From Planctomycetota bacterium (GTDB lineage: Bacteria; Planctomycetota; Phycisphaerae; UBA1845; JANYLN01), in the NCBI GenBank assembly GCA_025357795.1, contig JANYLN010000292.1, positions 1-46,910 on the forward strand: a stretch of DNA of 46,910 nt. The letters are read 5' to 3'. The position numbers and the translations under genes were made by a program. This document shows positions 1 to 14,546 of the stretch, in pieces. Position 1 is the stretch's first letter, and each line of letters opens with the position of its first letter. Under the pieces are notes generated by a model, which saw only the letters and a program-made list of their open reading frames with translations, searched no databases and had not been told where the DNA came from.

Positions 1-70
1 ATCTGCCGCAGCAGGCTCCAGCCCATTTCGGTGAGGCTGGGCTGGTCCAGCACGACCACCCGCGGTCTGA

Positions 71-208
71 CCCGGCGAGCGCATAGCCCTGCAGGTGAAG
101 AAAGGTGACGAGGTCCTCTTCGCCAGCTACGGCGGGACCGAGATCAAGCTCGGCGGCGATGAGTATCTGATCCTGGACGAGTCGGACATCCTGGCGGTTC
201 TGGAGTAA
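71..208 (+). CDS. groES: co-chaperonin GroES, C-terminal portion only (frame not open upstream of 71)
   Basis: Translation [45 protein letters not shown]-stop (TAA 206-208) is a typical GroES C-terminus 69 nt upstream of groEL. The same frame has TGA at 32-34 and 68-70, so bases 1-70 are not supported. Confidence 0.6.
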   Translation, partial: PGERIALQVKKGDEVLFASYGGTEIKLGGDEYLILDESDILAVLE

Positions 209-277
209 GGGCCTTTCCAGGGAAGTCCGGACCAAACCACGGCATCATTATAGATTCATGATAACGGGAGCAGACTG

Positions 278-1903
<1,626 letters not shown>

Positions 1904-1961
1904 GCCAACCCCGCGCTGCGTGACGCGATGCGTGCCTCTCGCGGCGGGTTCTCAATAGATC

Positions 1962-2003
1962 GACCCCGGCTGGGATAAGTTCCCCCAGCCGGGGTCGTTT
2001 TCT
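1962..2003 (+). terminator. rho-independent terminator after groEL
   Basis: Perfect 13-bp stem gaccccggctggg (1962-1974) / cccagccggggtc (1984-1996), 9-nt loop, followed by gttttct. Confidence 0.7.
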
Positions 2004-2383
2004 GCGCGGACGGCAACGGGCCGGGTGCCACGATCATCCGGAGCTGCCGCCGGATCCCTTTGCGTGATCGGCCTGTCCATGCACCACGAAGCCGACATGG
2101 CCGCCAACAGGAAGGCCGCCGGCGCCTCACACTACCTGGGCCAAGACCGCCGCCCCGGCCGAACTGATCAAGACCATCCGCGGCTGTTCCCGCGGCAACT
2201 GATGCTTCTCCCTCGGGCCGCCGCCTTGGCTGTTGCGGCCGGCGTTGTGCCCGCTGCTCCCGTTGTTCGCCGCGATTCACACGGAATTAGCCTCGCGACG
2301 TACGTGCCAACGGGTGGCAGGGCGGTATACTTAGGCAAGCGAGTAAGTGGGTTGATCCTGGCCGTTTCGACTGACGCACAGGT

Positions 2384-3706
2384 GTGTACAGACAGCACAC
2401 GGCCAAGATGATAATCGAGGTTCGCAAGTTGATTTTTCAGGCCAGTTCGGAAGGGACAGACGTGCCGGCTTGTCCACTTTATTTCTACGGGTTTGATGCT
2501 ATCACGCCATACCGGCTCGAGCCGTACGCCGCGATGGTCATCCAGGATGGCAAGATCGTCCAGTTCGGTCCGCTCCCTGAAGTCACCCCCCCCGCCGATG
2601 CCCTCCGCATCGACCTGGCCGGGCGATACGTCATGCCCGGTTTCATCGACTGCCACGTCCACGGCGGCGTCGGCGAAGACTTCTGCACGGCCGACATCCA
2701 GGGCCTCGCCAAGATCGAGCGCTTCTACGCCGCCCACGGCACTACCTCGCTGCTGGCGACCGTCTATCCCCAGCCGGAAGGGCCCTTCTTCGACACCCTC
2801 GAACGGCTGGTCGGCGCCTGCAAGGGCGATCGGCCGACCCGCATCCTCGAAGGTATCCACCTCGAAGGCCCGTTCATGAACCCCAGCATGCACGGGGCGA
2901 TCCGCGCGGACTACATGTGGAAGCCCTCCCTCGGGGCCTGGCGCAACATCTATCTACGGGCCAACTCCTGCATCAAGGCCATGACCATCTCGCCCGAGAT
3001 CCCGGGCGCCCTGGATGTCGCCCGCGATGCCGCCATGCACGGCATCCACCTGGCAATCGGTCACAGCGAAGCCTCCTACGAGCAGGTCTCCGAGGCGATT
3101 GACAACGGCCTGGAAGGCGTCACGCACATTTTCAACGCCATGCGGCCAATGCACCACCGCAAACCCGGCGTCCTCGTTGGCACGCTCTTGCGCGACGAAC
3201 TGTTCGTCGAGGTCATCGCCGATGCCGTCCACGTCCACCCAGCCGTGCTCCAACTGCTTCTGAAGATCAAGACCCACGACAAGATCATCCTCGTTACAGA
3301 CGCGATTCGCGCAGCCGGCATGCCCGATGGGCCCTACGAGTTCTCCGGCCAGCCCGTCCGCGTTTGCGATGGCCGTGCCTACCTCGTCGACAAGGACTCC
3401 AACGACATCTCGGACACCCTGGCCGGCAGTACCCTGACCATGGACCAGGCCCTCCGCACAATGGTCCAGGCCGGCGGCGCCACCCTCACCCAGGCTGCCC
3501 AGATGGCCTCCCTCAATGCCGCCCGCATCCTGCGGATGAAGCACTGCCGCGGCATCCTGGCGGTGGGCAAGAACGCCGATATCGTCGTGATGGACAAGGC
3601 CTTGCACGTGCAAATGACTGTTAAGGCAGGCCGGATCCTCTACTGCGACCCCGCCAGCCACATCGGCCTGCGGCCCGACGAGGTCGTCCAGCAAGCCGCC
3701 TCCTGA
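2384..3706 (+). CDS. nagA: N-acetylglucosamine-6-phosphate deacetylase (amidohydrolase family)
   Basis: PGFIDCHVHGG metal-binding motif, GIHLEGPF, AIGHSEASYEQ, THIFNAM, LVTDA and LAGSTLTM blocks are colinear with NagA. GTG at 2384, alternative ATG at 2408. Confidence 0.85.
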   Translation: MYRQHTAKMIIEVRKLIFQASSEGTDVPACPLYFYGFDAITPYRLEPYAAMVIQDGKIVQFGPLPEVTPPADALRIDLAGRYVMPGFIDCHVHGGVGEDFCTADIQGLAKIERFYAAHGTTSLLATVYPQPEGPFFDTLERLVGACKGDRPTRILEGIHLEGPFMNPSMHGAIRADYMWKPSLGAWRNIYLRANSCIKAMTISPEIPGALDVARDAAMHGIHLAIGHSEASYEQVSEAIDNGLEGVTHIFNAMRPMHHRKPGVLVGTLLRDELFVEVIADAVHVHPAVLQLLLKIKTHDKIILVTDAIRAAGMPDGPYEFSGQPVRVCDGRAYLVDKDSNDISDTLAGSTLTMDQALRTMVQAGGATLTQAAQMASLNAARILRMKHCRGILAVGKNADIVVMDKALHVQMTVKAGRILYCDPASHIGLRPDEVVQQAAS

Positions 3707-3939
3707 CGCTGCCCGGGCTCCCCCTCCTTGCCTAAGGATATTTGCGATTCCTGGCCTATAGTCTTACCTGCGGCGAGCGTGCCTTACCAGCCCGCGGGCG
3801 ATCGGCACTCAGCCCCGAGACGGGAGGGGACCGTGGTTATAAGACATTGCGGCCCTTTATAGTGGCCCATGCCTGCGAAGAAACAGGTGCCTGACCGGCG
3901 GATTCGCAAGATAAATGCTCATGGTGCCATGCCTTTCGG

Positions 3940-3968
3940 TTGACAGGTTTGGCCTATGGGCTTATCTT
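3940..3968 (+). promoter_or_regulatory. sigma70-like promoter candidate upstream of the tRNA-tuf cluster
   Basis: TTGACA (3940-3945), 17-nt spacer, TATCTT (3963-3968), about 55 nt upstream of tRNA-Tyr. Confidence 0.4.
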
Positions 3969-4023
3969 TAAGGCTTCGCCGCCTGGCTTTGCAGCTGCAG
4001 GCGGCGTTTTAGTCGAATACGTT

Positions 4024-4105
4024 GGTTGGGTGCCCGAGTGGCTAAAGGGGGCGGGCTGTAAACCCGCTGGCACTGCCTACGCAGGTTCGAATCCTGCCCC
4101 AACCA
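4024..4105 (+). tRNA. tRNA-Tyr (anticodon GTA), long variable arm, CCA not encoded
   Basis: Acceptor ggttggg/cccaacc, D-arm CCCGAGTGGCTAAAGGG, anticodon loop cTGTAAa, T-arm GGTTCGAATCC. Near colinear with E. coli tRNA-Tyr. Confidence 0.9.
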
Positions 4106-4128
4106 TATGAGCGAGGCCGCGAAATGGC

Positions 4129-4199
4129 GTGGGCGTAGCTCAATGGTAGAGCACCGGCCTTCCATGCCGGCTATGTGGGTTCGATTCCCATCGCCCGCT
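4129..4199 (+). tRNA. tRNA-Gly (anticodon TCC)
   Basis: Acceptor gtgggcg/cgcccgc (one G-U pair), D-arm GCTCAATGGTAGAGC, anticodon stem ccggc/gccgg with loop CTTCCAT, T-arm GGTTCGATTCC. Confidence 0.9.
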
Positions 4200-4234
4200 G
4201 TCTGTCAGATAACGACAGGTAGGCCAAAACTCGT

Positions 4235-4262
4235 TTGACTGTCCCAAAGCCGCCTGTACAAT
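4235..4262 (+). promoter_or_regulatory. sigma70-like promoter candidate upstream of tRNA-Thr and tuf
   Basis: TTGACT (4235-4240), 16-nt spacer, TACAAT (4257-4262). The -10 lies in the loop of a 9-bp hairpin aagccgcct/aggcggctt (4247-4271). Confidence 0.35.
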
Positions 4263-4317
4263 AGGCGGCTTCTAATGTTGGGCGTTTTGTCTGCCTCGGT
4301 GATTCGCCCGTGTAGAC

Positions 4318-4390
4318 GCTGCTGTAGCTCAGTTGGTAGAGCGCCTCCTTGGTAAGGATGAGGTCATGGGTTCAAATCCCATCAGCAGCT
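4318..4390 (+). tRNA. tRNA-Thr (anticodon GGT)
   Basis: Acceptor gctgctg/cagcagc, D-arm GCTCAGTTGGTAGAGC, anticodon loop TTGGTAA, T-arm GGTTCAAATCC. Colinear with E. coli tRNA-Thr(GGU). Confidence 0.9.
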
Positions 4391-4540
4391 CGTTCTAGTG
4401 TCTCGTGGCGGTCCGGGCGGTTGCCAGGATGTGCCGAAACTGTCTGCGATTGACCGTGTAATTGAATTCTAAAAAAACTGGCTCACTCAGTTGAGGACCC
4501 AGCCCCTCGCTGCGGGGCAAACTTGGAGGAGTAGTAGGCA

Positions 4541-5755
<1,215 letters not shown>

Positions 5756-5815
5756 GCATTCGGCCCGGTAGGCCTGCCTGTCCGGCAGCCCGCTGGCCGC
5801 TAAGGTGATTTGACC

Positions 5816-5983
5816 ATGGCGAAAGCGCAACGTCGAGAAGATGCCTGGCTACAGTGCACCCAGTGTGGTGAACTGAACTACCGTACGGAAATCAACGTGA
5901 TGGGCGGAGCTCCCAAACTCGAGCTCAAGAAGTACTGCTCCCGCGAACGCGTGCGGACGCTGCATAAGCTGAAGAGAAAGTAG
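5816..5983 (+). CDS. rpmG: 50S ribosomal protein L33
   Basis: 55-aa ORF, below the ORF-track cutoff: MAKAQRREDAWLQCTQCGELNYRTEINVMGGAPKLELKKYCSRERVRTLHKLKRK. AAGGTGA Shine-Dalgarno 7 nt upstream. Conserved tuf-rpmG-tRNA-Trp-secE context. Confidence 0.85.
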   Translation: MAKAQRREDAWLQCTQCGELNYRTEINVMGGAPKLELKKYCSRERVRTLHKLKRK

Positions 5984-6034
5984 CCGAACTGTGCGGCAGT
6001 CGTCCGGGTGATCCCCGGGCCGCTTGTCTTGCAC

Positions 6035-6108
6035 AGGGGCGTAGCTCAATTGGCTAGAGCAGCGGTTTCCAAAACCGCAGGCTGGGGGTTCGAGTCCCTC
6101 CGCCCCTG
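6035..6108 (+). tRNA. tRNA-Trp (anticodon CCA)
   Basis: Acceptor aggggcg/cgcccct, anticodon stem gcggt/accgc with loop TTCCAAA, T-arm GGTTCGAGTCC. Near colinear with E. coli tRNA-Trp. Confidence 0.9.
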
Positions 6109-6175
6109 TAGATGTTGCACGCGGGGCGTGCTGGTCAAAGCCCCGAGGTAGAACCAAGTAACGGAACCAAGCCTC

Positions 6176-6724
6176 ATGGCGAAGAACCGCGACGATAAAC
6201 ACCCTGTGGCCGATGCCGAGGAGTCGGATGTGATGGATCAGGCCGATGCCAGGAAGCCCTCGCAAGGCCGTGCCCCCGCTGTGCCGTCCCGCCCGGCCCC
6301 CGGTGGCAAGGGCCTAAACCTGTTCAGCATGTACAAGCCGAACCAAGGCAAGCGGATTCGCCTCTGGTCGGGAGTCGGTGCCGGCCTGTTGATTGTCGGT
6401 GGCTGGATCTGGATGTATCCCAAGATCCAGGTCAGCTTGGCCGGCCAGAAGGAGTGGCTGGCCGCCGTGATCAGCCTGCTCGTCAGTGCTGTAGTGGCCT
6501 CTGTGGTCTGGTACTTCGTCGGCGTCAGCCGCAAGGGCGTCGACTTCCTGATCGCCACGGAGAGCGAGATGAAAAAGGTGACCTGGTCCAGCCGCAAGGA
6601 GGTCTGGGGCGCCACGAAGGTCGTCATCGGGATGGTCGTCCTGATGGCTGCCGGTTTGTTCATTGTCGATGTGGCGTTTACGTATTTCTTCACCAAAATC
6701 GGTGTGCTGAAGACGCCGTTCTAG
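6176..6724 (+). CDS. secE: preprotein translocase subunit SecE (long, multi-TM form)
   Basis: C-terminal block VDFLIATESEMKKVTWSSRKEVWGATKVVIGMVVLMAAGLFIVD is the conserved SecE segment plus TM helix. Located between tRNA-Trp and nusG. Confidence 0.8.
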   Translation: MAKNRDDKHPVADAEESDVMDQADARKPSQGRAPAVPSRPAPGGKGLNLFSMYKPNQGKRIRLWSGVGAGLLIVGGWIWMYPKIQVSLAGQKEWLAAVISLLVSAVVASVVWYFVGVSRKGVDFLIATESEMKKVTWSSRKEVWGATKVVIGMVVLMAAGLFIVDVAFTYFFTKIGVLKTPF

Positions 6725-6748
6725 CTTAATGAGAGCAGCGCGAAAGCG

Positions 6749-7396
6749 ATGACTGATACACCCAAAGCAAAGGATAAAGCCGCCGGCAAGGGTCCGCAGG
6801 CCGAGCCGCCGCAGACGCCTGCGGCTGACAAGCCCGCCGCCCCGGTGGCCATGCGCTGGTACGTGCTACGCGTCGCCTCGAACAAGGAAGAGCAGGTGCG
6901 CGACGCCCTGACCCGCAAGGTCCAGATCGAAGGCATGACCGACCGCGTCGGCCGTGTCCTCGTGCCGACCGTGCCGGAACGCCGCATCAAGGGCGGCCAG
7001 TCGAAGGTCTATAACCGCAAGCTGTATCCAGGCTATGTGTTCGTCGAGATGCGCTGCGAGGAAGACGGCAGCATCCAGGAAGACGTCTGGTTCCTCATCA
7101 AGGAGACAACGGGCGTCGGTGACTTCATCGGTTCCGAAGGCAAGCCCAGCGCGATGAACGAGCCCGAGGTCGAGAAGATGCTCGCCATAGCCGAGCGCCC
7201 CGACCAGACCCAGAGTCTCGTCTCCATGCAGTTCAAGAAGGGTGACCGCGTCAAGATTCGCGAGGGCTCCTTCGAGAACTTCGAGGGCGAGGTTGACTCC
7301 CTCGACGAGCAAAAACAGACCGTCACCGTGCTGATCACGATCTTCGGCCGCTCCACGCCCGTGGACGTGGAGTACTGGAACCTGGAACGGACGTAG
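6749..7396 (+). CDS. nusG: transcription termination/antitermination factor NusG
   Basis: NGN start MRWYVLRVASNKEEQV and KOW motif FKKGDRVKIREGSFENFEGEV. About 34 aa of A/P/K-rich N-terminal extension if ATG 6749 is used; alternative ATG at 6851. Confidence 0.9.
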   Translation: MTDTPKAKDKAAGKGPQAEPPQTPAADKPAAPVAMRWYVLRVASNKEEQVRDALTRKVQIEGMTDRVGRVLVPTVPERRIKGGQSKVYNRKLYPGYVFVEMRCEEDGSIQEDVWFLIKETTGVGDFIGSEGKPSAMNEPEVEKMLAIAERPDQTQSLVSMQFKKGDRVKIREGSFENFEGEVDSLDEQKQTVTVLITIFGRSTPVDVEYWNLERT

Positions 7397-7513
7397 CCGC
7401 GAAATGGCTCGCTGCAACCTCGCCAGGAAGCAGCTGCGAACGGAAATCCTTGATAACGGGCAGAGATTTGTTGGCCGGCCTGCACGGCGGCACAGGATAG
7501 AGGGTTTAGAGTT

Positions 7514-7942
7514 ATGGCGAAGGAAATAACCGCAAAGATCAAACTGCAGGCGCCCGGCGGCCAGGCCACCCCGGCCCCGCCGATCGGTCCGGCGCTCGGC
7601 CAGCACGGCGTGAATATCGGGCAGTTTATCCAGCAGTTCAATGGCCGCACCGGCGGCGACCTGCAGGGGATCATCGTGCCCGTGGTCATCACGGTCTACT
7701 CCGACCGCACCTTCGAGTTCGTGATCAAGAGCCCGCCGGCCAGCGTCCTGCTGCGCATGGCTGCCAAGATCGAGAAGGGCAGCGGCGAGCCCAACAAGAA
7801 CAAGGTAGGCCAGGTGACCCGCCAGCAGGTCCGCGAGATCGCCCAGCGCAAAATGGCCGACCTGAATTCGTTCAGCCTCGAAGCGGCCGAGAGGGTCGTG
7901 ATGGGCACCGCCCGCAGTATGGGCGTGGAAGTGAATGGCTGA
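7514..7942 (+). CDS. rplK: 50S ribosomal protein L11
   Basis: [35 protein letters not shown]... is a canonical L11 N-terminus, downstream of nusG. Confidence 0.96.
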   Translation: MAKEITAKIKLQAPGGQATPAPPIGPALGQHGVNIGQFIQQFNGRTGGDLQGIIVPVVITVYSDRTFEFVIKSPPASVLLRMAAKIEKGSGEPNKNKVGQVTRQQVREIAQRKMADLNSFSLEAAERVVMGTARSMGVEVNG

Positions 7943-8029
7943 GTAAGTGTGTAATCCGAGGCCGATTGTGGTCCCGGTTACCGGATAAAATGCCCGACCA
8001 CGGGCGTGATAACAGTGGGAGCATGTGCT

Positions 8030-8743
8030 ATGCGCGGACGCAGCAAGCGTTATGAGAAGGCTGCCGGCGCCTTGGCCGACAAGGCCAAGACCCCGGTCCC
8101 CGTCGAAGAGGCGGTCAAACTGGTCAAGCAGATGGTTGGGGCTGCCCCTACCAAGTTCGACCAGTCCGTGGAAGTCGTCCTGAACCTCGGTATCGACCCC
8201 AAGCAGGCTGACCAGATGATCCGCGGTTCGGTCAGCCTCCCCAACGGCATTGGCAAGAGCCGCAAGGTCATCGCCTTCGCGGAAGGCGAGGCTGCCGATA
8301 AGGCCAAGGCCGCCGGTGCCACCGAGGTCGGTGGCGATGAACTGATCCAGAAGGTCATGGGTGGCTGGACCGACTTCGACGTCGCCGTCGCTCACCCGGC
8401 CCTGATGGGTCGCGTCGGTCGCCTTGGCCGCGTGCTCGGCCCGCAGGGCAAGATGCCCTCGCCCAAGAGTGGCACGGTTACGGCCGATGTCGAGACGGCG
8501 GTCCGCGAGTACACGGCCGGCAAGGTCGAGTTCCGCAACGACGCAGGGGGCAACGTCCACGCGGTCGTTGGCAAGAGCAGCTTCGCCGAGGATCAGATCA
8601 GGGGCAACGTCGAGGCCTTTATAGAGCACATTCGCCGCATGCGCCCGGCGGCATCCAAGGGGACCTTCATCAAGAAGGTATGTATCAAGGCCAGTATGAC
8701 GCCGGCTGTCGAGCTGGCATTGCTGGTTGTGACCGCGACCTAA
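8030..8743 (+). CDS. rplA: 50S ribosomal protein L1
   Basis: [13 protein letters not shown]... L1-type start at ATG 8030 with GGGAG 9 nt upstream. The ORF track extends to GTG 8006. Confidence 0.93.
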   Translation: MRGRSKRYEKAAGALADKAKTPVPVEEAVKLVKQMVGAAPTKFDQSVEVVLNLGIDPKQADQMIRGSVSLPNGIGKSRKVIAFAEGEAADKAKAAGATEVGGDELIQKVMGGWTDFDVAVAHPALMGRVGRLGRVLGPQGKMPSPKSGTVTADVETAVREYTAGKVEFRNDAGGNVHAVVGKSSFAEDQIRGNVEAFIEHIRRMRPAASKGTFIKKVCIKASMTPAVELALLVVTAT

Positions 8744-8778
8744 CAAGACGCTGCGAGCGATTCGAAGCGAGGATTGTC

Positions 8779-9423
8779 ATGAGCAGGCAAATCAAGAATC
8801 TGGTAGTCGACGAACTGCAGAAGCGCTACGCCCATCTCGACAGCGCCCTGGTCGTCCGAATCATCGGCCTGGATGCCGTCAGCAATAATACCCTGCGTCG
8901 CCGGCTGCACGATAAGAAGATCGATGTGCATGTGGTGAAGAACTCGCTGGCCCGCGTCGCGCTCAAGGGCAAGGCCCTTGAACCGCTGGCCAACGCCCTC
9001 GAAGGGCCCAGTGCGGTCATCACGGGCGGCGATTCGATCATCGACGTGGCCAAGGAACTGGTCGCGGTCAGCAAGGAAAAGCAGTACAAGAAAATCGAGC
9101 TGAAGTTCGGCGTGATCGAGGGCGACAGGGAAGTCATCTCCGTCGACCGGATCGCCACCATGAAAGGCCGCCGCGAGATGCACGCCGACATCCTCGGCTG
9201 TGCGGTCAGCCCGGGCCGCAAGCTCGTCGGCTGCATGGTCGGAGCAGGGGGCCGGATCGCCGGCTGTCTGAAGGCAATCGTGGAGAAGGGCGAAAAGGCT
9301 GCTGCCGAAGCCGCCCCGGAGGTCGTCCTTGAGGCCCCCCCTGAGGTCGGGCTTGAAGTCGCCCCTGAGGTCGGGCTTGAAGTTGCCCCTAAGGCCCCCC
9401 CTGAGGCCGCCCCTGAGGCATAA
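8779..9423 (+). CDS. rplJ: 50S ribosomal protein L10 with repetitive C-terminal tail
   Basis: MSRQIKNLVVDELQKRYAHLDSALVV... at ATG 8779 with GCGAGGA Shine-Dalgarno. Located between rplA and rplL. Confidence 0.93.
   Translation: MSRQIKNLVVDELQKRYAHLDSALVVRIIGLDAVSNNTLRRRLHDKKIDVHVVKNSLARVALKGKALEPLANALEGPSAVITGGDSIIDVAKELVAVSKEKQYKKIELKFGVIEGDREVISVDRIATMKGRREMHADILGCAVSPGRKLVGCMVGAGGRIAGCLKAIVEKGEKAAAEAAPEVVLEAPPEVGLEVAPEVGLEVAPKAPPEAAPEA
9312..9420 (+). repeat. in-frame tandem repeat (about 24-nt unit, degenerating to 12 nt) at the 3' end of rplJ
   Basis: gcccctgaggtcgggcttgaagt(c/t) occurs twice in tandem (about 9337-9384), flanked by degenerate copies. Encodes APEVVLEAPPEVGLEVAPEVGLEVAPKAPPEAAPEA. 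Confidence 0.85.
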
Positions 9424-9643
9424 AGCCCCGTGGGGTGTGCACGGCACACCGTATGCGGGTGGCTCTTTCTTTGTTGTTGTAGATAGCAGGTAGCGTCGTT
9501 GAACAGTGAACGTCGTTCCTGATGTCCTTCTAGCAGATTAAGACGCGGCGTCGCGACTGCCCCGAAGGGGTTAAACGGGATCAGTGGGATCCCGGCTATC
9601 CGGCGGGCGCCAAACAGATGCAGACAAAATTGGAGTTATTGTG

Positions 9644-10051
9644 ATGGCGGAAGCACCGGTTAAGGAATTCAACGCGGATATCAAGGAACTCGGCGACAAG
9701 ATCGTCAGCCTCACGATCAAGCAGGCGCAGGACCTGGTGGACTACCTCAAGGTCACCTACAACATCGAACCCGCCGGTGGCGCGGTCATGATGGCCGGCC
9801 CTGCGGCGGCCGCGGTCGAAGAGAAGATCGAGCCGACTGCCTTCGACGTGATCCTCAAGGCTGCCGGCGACAAGAAGATCCAGGTCATCAAGGTCGTCCG
9901 CGCAGCTACCCAGCTGGGGCTGAAGGAAGCCAAGGATCTGGTCGATGGCGCCCCCAAGACCGTCAAGGAAAACCTGAGCAAGGATGAGGCCGAGAAGCTG
10001 GCCGCCGAACTCAAGGCGTCGGGTGGCGAGGTCGAGATCAAGGGCAAGTAA
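9644..10051 (+). CDS. rplL: 50S ribosomal protein L7/L12
   Basis: [35 protein letters not shown]..., Ala-rich hinge, C-terminal [21 protein letters not shown] Shine-Dalgarno before ATG 9644. Confidence 0.95.
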   Translation: MAEAPVKEFNADIKELGDKIVSLTIKQAQDLVDYLKVTYNIEPAGGAVMMAGPAAAAVEEKIEPTAFDVILKAAGDKKIQVIKVVRAATQLGLKEAKDLVDGAPKTVKENLSKDEAEKLAAELKASGGEVEIKGK

Positions 10052-10168
10052 GCACGCGTCGACAGCAAATCTCTGCCGACCAACCTTTTGCATCAACGAG
10101 GGGACGGTCGGCCGGGTCCAGGGTTGCGGCAAAATGCCCCAACCCGCTGCAAACCAAGCGAATTAGTA

Positions 10169-10214
10169 CCTGGATGGAGGAGTCAAGGCTCCTCCATCCA
10201 GGTCTTGCGTTTTA
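10169..10214 (+). terminator. rho-independent terminator or attenuator after rplL
   Basis: Perfect 14-bp stem cctggatggaggag / ctcctccatccagg with 6-nt loop, followed by tcttgcgtttta. Confidence 0.7.
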
Positions 10215-10229
10215 TGGTCCGTGGTGGCC

Positions 10230-10257
10230 TTGACCAGATAGGTCGTTTGCCTATAAT
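10230..10257 (+). promoter_or_regulatory. near-consensus sigma70-like promoter upstream of rpoB
   Basis: TTGACC (10230-10235), 16-nt spacer, TATAAT (10252-10257). Would give a roughly 280-nt rpoB leader. Confidence 0.5.
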
Positions 10258-10542
10258 ACAGGGCTCATCCTATTTTTCGACGCGGGAACCGGCCACGTAA
10301 GGGACAGTAGGCCGCTTCAGATGGCGTCGATCATGTGCGTAAGTGTCCCACCTGATTGTGTTTGATTACGTTCACGAGGAACGCTTTGACGAGCTACGCC
10401 AACGTAGCAGGCTACAGTATTGCCGGGCATCAGGCACTCCTCTGCGCAAGGGGTATTGCCATCGCCCGGCTGTATGTGCGCGCTACAGTTGGTTGCCCGT
10501 ACCTAAGCGTTTTGGGATAGCACTGTTAGACGAGGTCGAGAC

Positions 10543-14409
<3,867 letters not shown>

Positions 14410-14546
14410 GCGGCAACGGACCAGCCCCCAACCTCCGTGGGGGATATCTGTTGCCCTCCGGATGCGTTGGATGCCTGGCTGAAAGACGAAATGATACGCC
14501 CGCGGCTGCGGGTGAATGAAGTGAATATAGAAAGGAAGGCCGGTTG

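Noticed and set aside
1-70. The minus-strand reading of the first 70 nt gives RVVVLDQPSLTEMGWSLLRQ, vaguely like an ABC-ATPase Walker-B region.
   Set aside because: The frame stays open as a shadow of groES further in, the match is only a few residues long, and there is no way to verify it without sequence left of the window.
2025-2411. 128-aa plus-strand ORF in the groEL-nagA spacer, together with the minus-strand ORF 1900-2280.
   Set aside because: There is no family resemblance and the composition is Arg/Pro/Ala-rich. The ORFs overlap the groEL terminator or the nagA start, and no Shine-Dalgarno is present. The spacer is treated as non-coding.
4449-4480. TTGACC followed by an A-rich stretch (taaaaaaa) upstream of tuf as a promoter.
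   Set aside because: Spacing to any TAnnnT hexamer is about 14 nt, outside the 16-18 nt range. tuf is more simply explained as co-transcribed with the upstream tRNAs.
9312-9420. Checked whether the tandem repeats here and at 29553-29621 could be a CRISPR array or other intergenic repeat array.
   Set aside because: The repeats are contiguous with no spacers, have 18-24-nt periods divisible by 3, and lie in frame inside rplJ and rplE. They are coding microsatellite-like repeats.
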